DNA of 64,000 nt from an uncultured Opitutales bacterium (GTDB lineage Bacteria; Verrucomicrobiota; Verrucomicrobiia; Opitutales; JAIRKQ01), in NCBI GenBank assembly GCA_964577805.1, contig CAZOAG010000002.1, positions 7,139 through 71,138 of the forward strand, read 5' to 3'. A model generated the notes under the pieces. It was not told where the DNA came from, ran no database searches, and saw nothing but the letters and a program-made list of their open reading frames with translations. Both the position numbers and the translations under genes were made by a program. Positions 11,211 through 22,882 of this stretch are shown in pieces. Numbering within the stretch: position 1 is the first letter of the stretch; each line of letters opens with the position of its first letter.

Positions 11211-11350
11211 ATGCTCACACTATGCACAATATTGATGCTGGTTGTCAAGTTTAACGCATCATGGCAATTTCAATGCTGATCTAAAAATGGTATAAAATCT
11301 TCATTAGATAATAAATATTTCTACATAAAAATTCTATACGCCATGTGTGT

Positions 11351-11390
11351 AATAAAAATGAGCATTACCTCATGATTTGATAATGCTCAT
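11351..11390 (-). terminator. rho-independent terminator downstream of groEL
   Basis: Perfect 10-bp inverted repeat atgagcatta (11358-11367) / taatgctcat (11381-11390), followed on the minus strand by TTTTTATT. Confidence 0.75.
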
Positions 11391-11421
11391 AAAAACTATG
11401 GAATCTATTTTTAAGATGATA

Positions 11422-13077
<1,656 letters not shown>

Positions 13078-13368
13078 TTATTCTTCTATAATAGCGAGTA
13101 TATCATCTTGACGTAAGACAACTAAGATATCCTTATCCTGTTTAATTTCTGTACCACCATATTTGCTGATGAGGACACGATCACCGACCTTTACTTCAAA
13201 TTCTAATACTTTGCCCTCATCATTTCTTCCAGAACCGACAGCGACAACCATCGCCTCTTGAGATGCTTCTTTTGCAGCATCTGGGATGATAATACCACCT
13301 TTTATTTGTTCCTTATCCTCTATTTTTCTTACGAGGACACGATTTCCTAATGGTTTAATTTTTTCCAT
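13078..13368 (-). CDS. groES: co-chaperonin GroES
   Basis: Start taken at [15 protein letters not shown] (ATG 13368). The track start at 13413 would overlap the dnaK stop. 96 aa, typical GroES length. Confidence 0.93.
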   Translation of the reverse strand: MEKIKPLGNRVLVRKIEDKEQIKGGIIIPDAAKEASQEAMVVAVGSGRNDEGKVLEFEVKVGDRVLISKYGGTEIKQDKDILVVLRQDDILAIIEE

Positions 13369-13390
13369 AATGTTGTCCAATTTGAAAAAG

Positions 13391-15337
13391 TTATTTATCA
13401 TTGTTCTTATCATCTACAACTTCAAAATCTGCATCGACTACATTATCGTCTTTTGATTTTGCATCACCTTGTTTTTCGCTGGCAGTGTTTGTATTATTTT
13501 GAGCGGCTTGCGCTTGTGAATACAGTTCTTGTGCCATGCCTTGGAATGTTGTCGTTAATTTTTCACGCGCTGCTTTTAAGGCATCCGCTTTAGCATCTTT
13601 GTCATCGAATACTTTTTTCGCTTCTGCAATCGCATCTTCTAATGGTTTACGTTTATCATCTGACAAATTGCCACCAAGGTCTTTTAATTGTTTTTCTGTC
13701 TGATAGATGAAATTATCTAATTGATTACGTTCTTCTACTGCCTCTTTTTGTTTTTTATCTTCTTCAGCGTGCATTTCTGCCTCTTTACGTAGTTTTTCGA
13801 TCTCTTCTTCAGAAAGTCCAGATGCACTAGTGATTGTAATTTTTTGATCACGACCAGTTCCTTTATCCTTAGCCGTTACATGAAGAATACCATTTGCATC
13901 AATGTCGAATGTCACTTCAATCTGCGGAACACCACGTGGGGCCAAAGGAATACCATCCAATCTGAACTGTCCCAATAATTTGTTATCACGTGCCATCGGA
14001 CGTTCTCCTTGCAATACTTGAATATCTACCGCTGTTTGATTTTCAGCATACGTAGAAAATATCTGCGTCTTCTTCGTCGGGATAGTAGTATTTCGTTCGA
14101 TCATTGGTGTAGAAACACCACCAGCCGTTTCTATCCCCAATGTCAATGGGGTAACATCTAGCAACAAGACATCTGTGACTTCTCCTTGTAATACACCACC
14201 TTGTATAGCAGCACCTACAGCGACTACTTCATCTGGGTTGACTCCTTGATGTGGTGTCTTTCCAATGAAATCTTTTGCGATCTCAACAACACGTGGAGAA
14301 CGTGTCATTCCACCAACCAATACAAGTTCGGAAATATCTGACTTGCTTAATCCAGCATCATTTAGACAATTCTTACATGGGCTTAATGTACGTTGATATA
14401 AATCATCACAAATTTTCTCTAGCTGTGACCGCGTCAATGATACATTCAAATGCTTTGGACCATTTGCATCTGCTGTAATGAACGGCAAATTAATATCCAC
14501 TTGTTGTGTTGATGACAGTGCTATCTTTGCTTTTTCAGCTTCTTCTTTTAACCGCTGTGCTGCCATTGGATCATTTCGTAGATCTATTCCATTCTCCTTT
14601 TGGAACTCATCAGCTAACCAATCGATCAATCTGTTATCCCAGTCATCTCCTCCGAGCATGGTATCACCATTCGTCGCCTTGACTTCAAACACACCATCGC
14701 CTATTTCCAAGATAGAAATATCGAAAGTACCACCACCGAGATCATAAACAGCGATTTTCTCATCATTTTTCTTATCCAACCCATATGCTAGTGAAGCAGC
14801 CGTTGGCTCATTAATAATTCGCAATACTTCCAATCCAGCTATTCGTCCAGCATCCTTGGTCGCCTGCCGTTGAGAATCATTGAAATATGCTGGCACCGTG
14901 ATGACTGCCTGTGTTACAGGACATCCCAAATATGTTTCAGCATCTGCTTTCATTTTGGCCAATATCATCGATGAGATTTGTTCTGGCGAAAACTGTTCTG
15001 TCTTGTTTCCAACTTGGCATTCTATCCATGCATCTCCATTTTTCCCTTCGATCACTTTATATGGAAGGTCCTTTACCATATCCTTTATTTCAGAATATTT
15101 ATGACCAATCAGTCGTTTTGCTGAAAAAATTGTATTTTTTGGATTTGTTACTGCTTGTCGTTTAGCTGCTTGTCCAACAACACGTTCTCCTGATTTTGTA
15201 AAAGCAACTACTGATGGTGTCGTTCTTGCCCCCTCTGCATTAGGGATTACAATTGCCTCACCACCTTCCATTACCGCCATACATGAATTTGTTGTTCCAA
15301 GATCAATTCCTAAAATTTTTGATTTTTTACTGCTCAT
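13391..15337 (-). CDS. dnaK: molecular chaperone DnaK (Hsp70)
   Basis: 648 aa with [25 protein letters not shown] and [12 protein letters not shown]. Confidence 0.97.
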   Translation of the reverse strand: MSSKKSKILGIDLGTTNSCMAVMEGGEAIVIPNAEGARTTPSVVAFTKSGERVVGQAAKRQAVTNPKNTIFSAKRLIGHKYSEIKDMVKDLPYKVIEGKNGDAWIECQVGNKTEQFSPEQISSMILAKMKADAETYLGCPVTQAVITVPAYFNDSQRQATKDAGRIAGLEVLRIINEPTAASLAYGLDKKNDEKIAVYDLGGGTFDISILEIGDGVFEVKATNGDTMLGGDDWDNRLIDWLADEFQKENGIDLRNDPMAAQRLKEEAEKAKIALSSTQQVDINLPFITADANGPKHLNVSLTRSQLEKICDDLYQRTLSPCKNCLNDAGLSKSDISELVLVGGMTRSPRVVEIAKDFIGKTPHQGVNPDEVVAVGAAIQGGVLQGEVTDVLLLDVTPLTLGIETAGGVSTPMIERNTTIPTKKTQIFSTYAENQTAVDIQVLQGERPMARDNKLLGQFRLDGIPLAPRGVPQIEVTFDIDANGILHVTAKDKGTGRDQKITITSASGLSEEEIEKLRKEAEMHAEEDKKQKEAVEERNQLDNFIYQTEKQLKDLGGNLSDDKRKPLEDAIAEAKKVFDDKDAKADALKAAREKLTTTFQGMAQELYSQAQAAQNNTNTASEKQGDAKSKDDNVVDADFEVVDDKNNDK

Positions 15338-15660
15338 ATCCTAAATCCTTACTAGAGAAGTTGTAGCAATTTCCATGCCAATATATAAAAATATCCAACC
15401 AAAACAATCATATTGAACTGTAGCCGCGGTGTATATCATTGTCGGATATATTGCCAAACAAATGAAATTTTACATGAAATGAAAACAGCAATCAGCTTTG
15501 TCGCAAAAATATATCCACGTTAATTCCTCACACAACTTGTATTCATTGCGCGCACACAGGCCAAAATGATTTGTGACATACGATTAGTATGGTTAACTAT
15601 TGCTGCGGTAGCAAATCGATGTTATTGTTCTACATCAATATTGCACTGATATTACATTGC

Positions 15661-16935
15661 TTAAAATACCGTATTATCTGGTATTTCCGCATCACGTGTA
15701 ATACACAATATACCATCTTTTACATACATCCCATCTTGACTGTATCCATCTTGTTTTCCAAATGGTGTAAGATGAACATTATTTCCTATACGTGCATCTT
15801 TATCAATAATGGCACGTTTTATTACAGAACGCTCTCCTATTCCCAATGGAATATTATGTGGTGTATCGGATAAAGATTGTACTGAATCGAAATAATCTGC
15901 ACCAAACATCAGGACATCTTCCAAATATGCCCCTGAACGAATAATCGACCGTAATCCTACAACACAACGGTTCAATGTAGCATTCGTGACAATGCACCCA
16001 TCAGATAACAAGGTACGCTCCATGTGACAACTATTCACTTTACATGCGGGCAAATATCGTGCACGGGTATAGATAGGATTGTCTGCATCAAAGAAATCAA
16101 ACTCCGGCACCATATCAGTCAACATTAAGTTCGTTTCGAAAAATGACCGTATTGTACCAATATCTTCCCAAAAGCCATCGAAAACATATCCCTTCATAGA
16201 ATATTTTCCTAACATACGTGGTAAAATATCCTTTCCGAAATCACTACCTGTACCATTTAAAACATCATATAATATTTTGGCAGAAAATGCATATATTCCC
16301 ATTGATGCCAAATAATATGGTGTATTGCTAGTATCTTTCAATTGCTGCCGGATATGTTGTGGAACAGCACAATTCCTTACTAATGCTGGTTGTTGTGGTT
16401 TTTCAATAAACTCTTTTACAGATAATTTATCATCTACTTGCATTATCCCAAATGCACTAATTTTATATTCTGGGATCGCTTTTGATGCTATTGTCAGGTC
16501 AGCCCCACTATCACAATGTTGTTTTACAAAATCTGACAGATTCATACGATATAATTGATCACCAGATAATATTAAAATGACATCATCTGCTTGCGGTTTT
16601 ATATATTGTAAATTCTTTCTTACGGCATCTGCTGTCCCGGCATACCATGCACCATCATGATTCGTCTGTTCCGCTGAAAATATTTCAATACATCCCTTTC
16701 CAAAAGTATCAAATCGGTATGTTGCTTCAATATGTCGATGTAGGGAACGGGTATTAAATTGTGTAAGAATATAAATCCTCGTATATCCTGCGTTCAAACA
16801 ATTGCTTATAGGAATATCAACCAATCGATATTTTCCTGCCAACGGGACAGCTGGCTTACACCGTGTTTTCGTCAACGGATATATTCTGTCACCACGGCCC
16901 CCACCCATGATGATGCAATAAACATTTCTTCCCAT
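15661..16935 (-). CDS. glgC: glucose-1-phosphate adenylyltransferase
   Basis: N-terminal IIMGGGRGDRIYPLTKTRCKPAVPLAGKYRLVDIPISNCLN. 424 aa. Confidence 0.9.
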   Translation of the reverse strand: MGRNVYCIIMGGGRGDRIYPLTKTRCKPAVPLAGKYRLVDIPISNCLNAGYTRIYILTQFNTRSLHRHIEATYRFDTFGKGCIEIFSAEQTNHDGAWYAGTADAVRKNLQYIKPQADDVILILSGDQLYRMNLSDFVKQHCDSGADLTIASKAIPEYKISAFGIMQVDDKLSVKEFIEKPQQPALVRNCAVPQHIRQQLKDTSNTPYYLASMGIYAFSAKILYDVLNGTGSDFGKDILPRMLGKYSMKGYVFDGFWEDIGTIRSFFETNLMLTDMVPEFDFFDADNPIYTRARYLPACKVNSCHMERTLLSDGCIVTNATLNRCVVGLRSIIRSGAYLEDVLMFGADYFDSVQSLSDTPHNIPLGIGERSVIKRAIIDKDARIGNNVHLTPFGKQDGYSQDGMYVKDGILCITRDAEIPDNTVF

Positions 16936-17160
16936 CTATGTTGGCGGATCGTAAAAATTATAAAAAATTTGTCAATATGTCTTCGACTGACAAAAATTCC
17001 GCGCCGGTGGTGAAATATTTTTTACAATGATTGCAAGAAAAAAATGTCGTCCAAAGTGGCAATTTTCGTCTATGAAAATAAAATACCACTTTTCTTGATT
17101 ATGATTAGCGACAAACATTGCAAATCATTTGCATTTTTCTGACAAAATTCCAACCTGCGA

Positions 17161-18486
17161 ATGTTAGTGATGAAGAGCAACGTGTTTGACAAAGATGCGG
17201 TCTTAACGCCCGAACTAATAGACCAAAAATATAAGTATTGGCGATTCCGCATAATTTATTCCCTAATTATTGGATATGCTGCATTTTATTTAGTACGTCA
17301 AAATTTCCAAGTCGCGACCCCAAAGATGCTGTCGGAATTCGGTTGTACAAAAGCAGAAATTGGATGGGTATTTACGGTCTTCTCCTTGATCTATGGGTTC
17401 GGCAAATTTTTTAGTGGTGCGATATGTGATCGTACGAATGCTCGATGGTTCATGACCATCGGGCTATTGGGGTCCGCGGCTTGTAGTATCTGTATAGGAC
17501 TAGCAAATTCATTATGGATATTTATTATATTTTATGCGCTTAATGGAGTGTTTCAATCTGCTGGTTGGCCGCCTGTATCTCGTTTGATGACACAATGGTA
17601 TTCTCCTCATCAATTAGGCACACGATGGGGCATCGTCAATGCTTCTCATCAATTAGGAAGTATTGTCATTCTTCTTTCTGGCTCCAGCATATTAATACAC
17701 ATGGGATGGCGATATGTATTTTTTATCCCTGCCATTGTTGCTGTAATACTATCATTTTTCATATTCAATCGACTACGTGATAACCCACAATCTTTGGGAC
17801 TGCCATCAATTGAAGAAAAAGAAAATTTGTTTAATGAATCTAGTCATGACGACAGAGAAGATATAACATTTAAAGAAGTATTTTTCGAACATATTTTGCC
17901 AAATAAAGCATTATGGTATGTTTGTATGGCAAATTTCTTTGTTTATATCATCCGCATGGGATTTTTTAATTGGGCACCAACATTTTTACAAGAGGCCAAA
18001 GGTACTAGCATAATGGGAGCAGCATATTTGAACGTTGCATTTGAATTTATGGGTGCTGTCGGTGGTTTTGTTGCTGGATGGGCATCTGATAGGATATTTG
18101 GTGGACGTAGGAATTGTGCATCATTTTATTTCATGGCAGTGTTGATATTTGCATTACTGATGTTCTGGGCAATGCCATCAAACTCTACATTAGTAAATAC
18201 AATATTTTTATTCATTATGGGATTCTTTATTTATGGGCCACAAACATTGGCCGGTGTCGCTGGTGCAGAGTTTGGATCTCGTCGTGCTGCCGCTACAGGA
18301 GCTGGACTGACAGGAACATTTGGATACCTTGGTAGTGCTGTGTCTGGATGGGGTGTTGGTAAAATCGCTGATAAATGGGGATGGAATGCAACATTTTTAT
18401 TTTTTGTAGGATGTGCTGCAGCTGGTGCGTTCTTCTTCATGTTGAATTGGAACAAAACATCACAACGACATAAAATAAAAGCATAA
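17161..18486 (+). CDS. uhpC: MFS hexose-phosphate/organophosphate:phosphate antiporter (UhpC/UhpT/GlpT family)
   Basis: 441-aa 12-TM MFS protein with the family N-terminus YKYWRFRIIYSLIIGYAAFYLVRQNF and the CDRTNARWF motif. Confidence 0.8.
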   Translation: MLVMKSNVFDKDAVLTPELIDQKYKYWRFRIIYSLIIGYAAFYLVRQNFQVATPKMLSEFGCTKAEIGWVFTVFSLIYGFGKFFSGAICDRTNARWFMTIGLLGSAACSICIGLANSLWIFIIFYALNGVFQSAGWPPVSRLMTQWYSPHQLGTRWGIVNASHQLGSIVILLSGSSILIHMGWRYVFFIPAIVAVILSFFIFNRLRDNPQSLGLPSIEEKENLFNESSHDDREDITFKEVFFEHILPNKALWYVCMANFFVYIIRMGFFNWAPTFLQEAKGTSIMGAAYLNVAFEFMGAVGGFVAGWASDRIFGGRRNCASFYFMAVLIFALLMFWAMPSNSTLVNTIFLFIMGFFIYGPQTLAGVAGAEFGSRRAAATGAGLTGTFGYLGSAVSGWGVGKIADKWGWNATFLFFVGCAAAGAFFFMLNWNKTSQRHKIKA

Positions 18487-18501
18487 TATATTTGATTTGT
18501 T

Positions 18502-19248
18502 ATGCGGTGGAAATGTTTTTGTTCATATGATGGGACAGATTTCAATGGTTGGCAGAGCCAACCACATAGAAATACAATACAAGATGTTATTGAGCATCGT
18601 TTAGGAATGATCTTCGAACATCCTGTTCGGATACACGGTTGTGGCCGCACTGACTCTGGTGTTCATGCACGAGAATATTGTTTTCATTTCGACAGTGAAT
18701 GGAGTCATGGCACTGATGCGCTAATACGCGCTTTAAGATGTGGCATTCCAAAAACAATTCAAATATATTCTGCGGAACAGGTACCATTTGATTTTCATGC
18801 ACGATATTCTATAACATCGAAACAATATCGATATTATTTTTTGGAAGGCTATCCATCTCCATTCCAATATCGTTACGTATACGGTCTTGGTCGAAGACGG
18901 TTAAACACTGACAAGATGCATGAATGTGCGCAATTACTTATTGGAACACATGATTTTCAAAACTTTGGTGCACTGCACGATGATAGTGATAATGAACGAA
19001 CAATAAAAACAATTGCTCGCATGGAATGTATTCGCGAAAACAATATGATTACGTTCATCACAGAAGGCAGTGGATATCTATATAAAATGGTACGTATTAT
19101 TGCTGGTTGCTTATTACAAGTAGGTCTTGGCAATCGCCCACCATCATTCGTGGCAGATGGCCTTGTCAATGACTCATCATATGGTAATCTTCTTAGAAAA
19201 GAATGTGCTCCTGCTTGTGGTCTATTTTTAGATAAAGTAAAGTACTGA
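18502..19248 (+). CDS. truA: tRNA pseudouridine(38-40) synthase
   Basis: YDGTDFNGWQSQ and the catalytic GCGRTDSGVHA motif. 248 aa. Confidence 0.9.
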   Translation: MRWKCFCSYDGTDFNGWQSQPHRNTIQDVIEHRLGMIFEHPVRIHGCGRTDSGVHAREYCFHFDSEWSHGTDALIRALRCGIPKTIQIYSAEQVPFDFHARYSITSKQYRYYFLEGYPSPFQYRYVYGLGRRRLNTDKMHECAQLLIGTHDFQNFGALHDDSDNERTIKTIARMECIRENNMITFITEGSGYLYKMVRIIAGCLLQVGLGNRPPSFVADGLVNDSSYGNLLRKECAPACGLFLDKVKY

Positions 19249-19417
19249 TATATATAACAACGGTAAAGTATATTGCATAGAAAACAATACATCTGCAATA
19301 TGCCACTTGTCTGTTAACCCCATCTGCAATATTTGCGTGTAAGACATACTTTTAATATAAAAAAACATTCACATTGCATTCTTTCATGTCATTATTTTTG
19401 TCACTTTTCTTACTACT

Positions 19418-20320
19418 ATGTTCAAATTTTTCAAAAATACAGGCAAGCGACTAAAACAAGCAACTACCAATTTGTTTCATATATTGCTTCCGTCGAAAAT
19501 CGATGCCAAATCATTACAATCATTGGAAGACACATTATTTTCTGCAGATATTGGTGTAGATGTTACAAAAGATATAGTATCACAAGTAAAAGATGAATTA
19601 TCCAATAAAAAATCCATGTCCCGCGAGGACATTTCATCGTTAGCAGCTGATGTTATTCGAAAAAATTTATCTGGATCTGAAGGTAAATTATCGCTATCAA
19701 ACGACGGTCTTACAGTAATTTGTCTCATCGGGACCAATGGGTCTGGAAAGACAACAACCGCAGCGAAACTGGCATATCACTATAAAAATTTAGGATATAA
19801 AGTGTTACTTGGGTCATGCGATACCTTCCGTGCAGCTGCAAATGAACAGCTCGTACATTGGGCACAAACATTATCGATCGACATTGTTGAGAGCCGCCAT
19901 GGTGGAGATTCTGCTGCAGTAGCATTTGATGCTTACCAATCTGCCATTGCTAGAAAAAAAAATCTTCTGATCTTAGACACCGCCGGTAGGTTGCATACCA
20001 AGACCAATTTGATTGGAGAGCTGGAAAAAATTTTACGTGTTCTACGCAAAAAAAACCAAGATTTACCGCTTCATGTTTGGCTCGTTGCTGACAGTACCAT
20101 TGGGAGCAATACAATCAAAGTCTCTCAATCGTTCAATGACAACATTCCATTGACTGGGCTGATAATGACAAAACTAGATGGTACAAGCACTGGAGGAACA
20201 TTGATAGGTACATATAGTTCAGTTCATGTTCCTATCTTCTTTATTGGTACAGGAGAACAATGTACAGATTTACATACATTTTCTATTGAACAATATTTGT
20301 CCAAACTATTACCATATTGA
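19418..20320 (+). CDS. ftsY: signal recognition particle receptor FtsY (short, NG domain only)
   Basis: GTNGSGKTTTAAKLA (G1), DTAGRL (G3) and TKLDGTSTGG (G4). 300 aa. Confidence 0.9.
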   Translation: MFKFFKNTGKRLKQATTNLFHILLPSKIDAKSLQSLEDTLFSADIGVDVTKDIVSQVKDELSNKKSMSREDISSLAADVIRKNLSGSEGKLSLSNDGLTVICLIGTNGSGKTTTAAKLAYHYKNLGYKVLLGSCDTFRAAANEQLVHWAQTLSIDIVESRHGGDSAAVAFDAYQSAIARKKNLLILDTAGRLHTKTNLIGELEKILRVLRKKNQDLPLHVWLVADSTIGSNTIKVSQSFNDNIPLTGLIMTKLDGTSTGGTLIGTYSSVHVPIFFIGTGEQCTDLHTFSIEQYLSKLLPY

Positions 20321-20428
20321 TACACAGTTTATCGAGAAAAATTACTTATATTTCTGAAGAAACACAATTGTGCGGTTAGCGTTTACGTTGGTTATTAGTG
20401 TTGTTTTAATAACACTATTATGCAGATG

Positions 20429-20742
20429 TTATCGACACAGTTATTGATCATATATAGTCAATTTATTTTTATTTCTGATCAAAATATGCCATTTTGTTAC
20501 TAGAAAAATTAGGAAGTACACTAGTTGAACGTTTCATAGCTACCGATTTTTAAATTGGCATTCACAAATGCTATTATTATTCACTGCCAATGTGAATAAC
20601 TCCGTTAATAACTTGTTAGCATTTTGTTAATTTCTATTTTTATTAACAACCATTCACATGCCAATAATCTCTTTATTCACAAGGAAACCATTCGCATTAG
20701 CCAGTATTTTTGGTCCTAAATTGAGTTATTAACTTATTCACA
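20429..20742. promoter_or_regulatory. cluster of DnaA-box-like 9-mers (candidate oriC or DnaA-regulated region)
   Basis: Three perfect TTATTCACA: 20591-20599 (reverse), 20673-20681 and 20734-20742. Near matches at 20429-20437, 20558-20566, 20577-20585 and 20650-20658. Flanked by very AT-rich runs. Confidence 0.5.
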
Positions 20743-20970
20743 ATGCATATTACTACTACTGAAAATATTAATATACATATAGCAGTATTTGATATCACCA
20801 GCATTACAGAAAATATGGTACAAATTTCTATCGTATCTGACGTCAAAAATCTCAAACAAATGCTTAAGTAAAAATATCAACATAAACACGCACCACGCAT
20901 TTTATTGTCAATTAACAATTTTTGTTGTTTAATAGCTTGCAGCTATCAAATAATACCAGTGTATATCAAT

Positions 20971-21738
20971 ATGAATAGTACGATGTGGTCAAATGACGTA
21001 ATATGCAGAATTTTTCATTACAAAAAAGTTACTAGTACAACCGACGTTGCCAAACAACACGTTCGCTGTGGGGAAACAATACCGTTTTTTGTAATTGCAG
21101 ATGCGCAGACGAATGGTCGTGGTCGCAGAGGGAATGTTTGGAATAGCGATAATAACGGAAATTTATATGCGACATACGTATGTTTAGTTGGATATGAAAA
21201 AATTGCAAATATAGCTATATTATCGCAATGTGTAGCGATTAAAATTTGTGATGTTATGTTCCAACAACTGAACATCAATACGAACGTAAAATGGCCAAAT
21301 GATATTTTCATAAATAATAAAAAAGTCGGTGGAATACTGCTGGAGACTATAATTCGTGATAACAAAAATATTGTTTGTATGATTGGTGTTGGTATGAATA
21401 TTTGTCAGTCACCACACCTGCAAAATGCTAGATACGAAACAACATGTATATCGGAATTTAGTGATGCGTTATCATCGTTGAATGATGTAAATCATATCAT
21501 ACTACAGTCGATTGCATCAGGACATGATATGTTTTTAAACATACCACTGGTGGATATAATTGATCAATGGTCCAAGTATGACATGCATTATAACAGGATC
21601 ATTAAAGTGGAATGCGCGAATGGTATTTTCCTCGGACGTAGTATTGGGATCGATGATACCGGTGCGTTGCAGTTGGAACGACAAAACGGTGAAATAATAG
21701 TAGTTAGAGAAACAGATGCGCAAATAAAAATTATGTAA
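20971..21738 (+). CDS. birA: biotin--[acetyl-CoA-carboxylase] ligase
   Basis: The GRGRRGNVW motif and KWPNDIFINNKKVGGILLE. Start taken at ATG 20971, because the track start is a TTG-initiated extension. Confidence 0.8.
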   Translation: MNSTMWSNDVICRIFHYKKVTSTTDVAKQHVRCGETIPFFVIADAQTNGRGRRGNVWNSDNNGNLYATYVCLVGYEKIANIAILSQCVAIKICDVMFQQLNINTNVKWPNDIFINNKKVGGILLETIIRDNKNIVCMIGVGMNICQSPHLQNARYETTCISEFSDALSSLNDVNHIILQSIASGHDMFLNIPLVDIIDQWSKYDMHYNRIIKVECANGIFLGRSIGIDDTGALQLERQNGEIIVVRETDAQIKIM

Positions 21739-21739
21739 G

Positions 21740-21787
21740 GAGATATTATGGATTTGACAAAAATTTGCAGATAATATCTCTTATTTA
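21740..21787 (+). terminator. possible terminator hairpin after birA
   Basis: 10-bp perfect inverted repeat gagatattat (21740-21749) / ataatatctc (21771-21780), then TTATTT. The 21-nt loop is long. Confidence 0.4.
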
Positions 21788-21796
21788 AGACTATCT

Positions 21797-21881
21797 GCTC
21801 AGGTGGTGAAATTGGTAGACACGCTGTCTTCAGGCGGCAGTATCGAAAGATATAGGGGTTCGAATCCCCTCCTGAGCACCA
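21797..21881 (+). tRNA. tRNA-Leu (anticodon CAG), CCA encoded
   Basis: Acceptor GCTCAGG/CCTGAGC, D-arm TGGTGAAATTGGTAGAC, anticodon loop TTCAGGC, long variable arm, T-arm GGGGTTCGAATCCCC, 3' ACCA. Confidence 0.9.
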
Positions 21882-21953
21882 GAGGTTTTATAATATCAAT
21901 TGTAAAAAGATTTTTGTATAAAATATTCGACATGGGTTTGTGTTGAATATACA

Positions 21954-22817
21954 ATGCAGCGCCATCGTATGGTAGAATGTATAGGCAAAAATGACGGGCG
22001 CGATGGTGGTTTGCAACAATCAAGTCAGATTGGTGTAAACACAAAATCGACATTGAACAATCCGACTGAACGGATAGATGGTGGCAACTTAAATGAACGA
22101 ACTTCTGAGCAAGCGCGCCCAGCAAATGGACAGAATACTGGTATTTTTGATTGCTTAAAAATATTAAAGGACAAAAGTGTGCAGGTTGTAAAACCAGCAG
22201 TTGATATTTATAAACAATACCCATTTACTACTTCTATGGTTGTATTTGGTGCAGTTTCTGTTGTAATGCCAGCTACTGGATTGCCAATGATGGTAAAAGC
22301 TGCAGTTGACATTGCCAAGGATAAGTTGTTATCTGCAGAAGTTAGTGAAAGTGAGGCGCAAAATTTTGTTGGTCAGCTTGCAGTTAGTGCGCAACAACAT
22401 CCAATGGTTACAAAAGCAATTTCAACCGCTATTACTACTGGCATTCAAACTGGTGTGTTAAACATTTTGGGCGTGACAAAAGAACAAATGATCGGAAACG
22501 CATGGAATAATGGTTTCAATGCGACATTAGATATGCTCACAAATAATATTGATGCGACTAAAAATTTAGCATATCAACATTCAGTAATTGCACAATGTAT
22601 TACAACAGCACTATCAATAGCCTCTAACATAGCAGTAGGAAAGTATACACAAAGCATGCCTGCTGTACTGGCGGAGTCTGCGTTATCATTAGGCATAGGA
22701 TTTTTCTCTTCACAGTTTGGTACAAGTATTTTTAGTGAAGTGAAAAAGTTGATTGGTTATGGACAACCTGTTCTACAACAAGAACAAGCAATTGTTGATC
22801 ATAAAAATGTTGAGTAG
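21954..22817 (+). CDS. hypothetical protein: hydrophilic N-terminus plus Ala/Val/Thr/Ile-rich hydrophobic helices
   Basis: 287-aa ORF directly after tRNA-Leu. The N-terminal ~70 aa look polar and disordered. Hydrophobic segments follow (TTSMVVFGAVSVVMPATGLPMMV, MPAVLAESALSLGIGFF). Confidence 0.55.
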   Translation: MQRHRMVECIGKNDGRDGGLQQSSQIGVNTKSTLNNPTERIDGGNLNERTSEQARPANGQNTGIFDCLKILKDKSVQVVKPAVDIYKQYPFTTSMVVFGAVSVVMPATGLPMMVKAAVDIAKDKLLSAEVSESEAQNFVGQLAVSAQQHPMVTKAISTAITTGIQTGVLNILGVTKEQMIGNAWNNGFNATLDMLTNNIDATKNLAYQHSVIAQCITTALSIASNIAVGKYTQSMPAVLAESALSLGIGFFSSQFGTSIFSEVKKLIGYGQPVLQQEQAIVDHKNVE

Positions 22818-22882
22818 GTGAGAAGTTAATAATAAGTAATGGAATTTACTTTTCGCTTTGCATGCATACTATCCAATGATTT

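Noticed and set aside
15338-15660. Looked for a CIRCE (HrcA operator) or a sigma32 promoter upstream of dnaK.
   Set aside because: No TTAGCACTC/GAGTGCTAA half-sites or CTTGAAA/CCCCAT-like elements were seen by eye. The absence is noted in a finding but not asserted as definitive.
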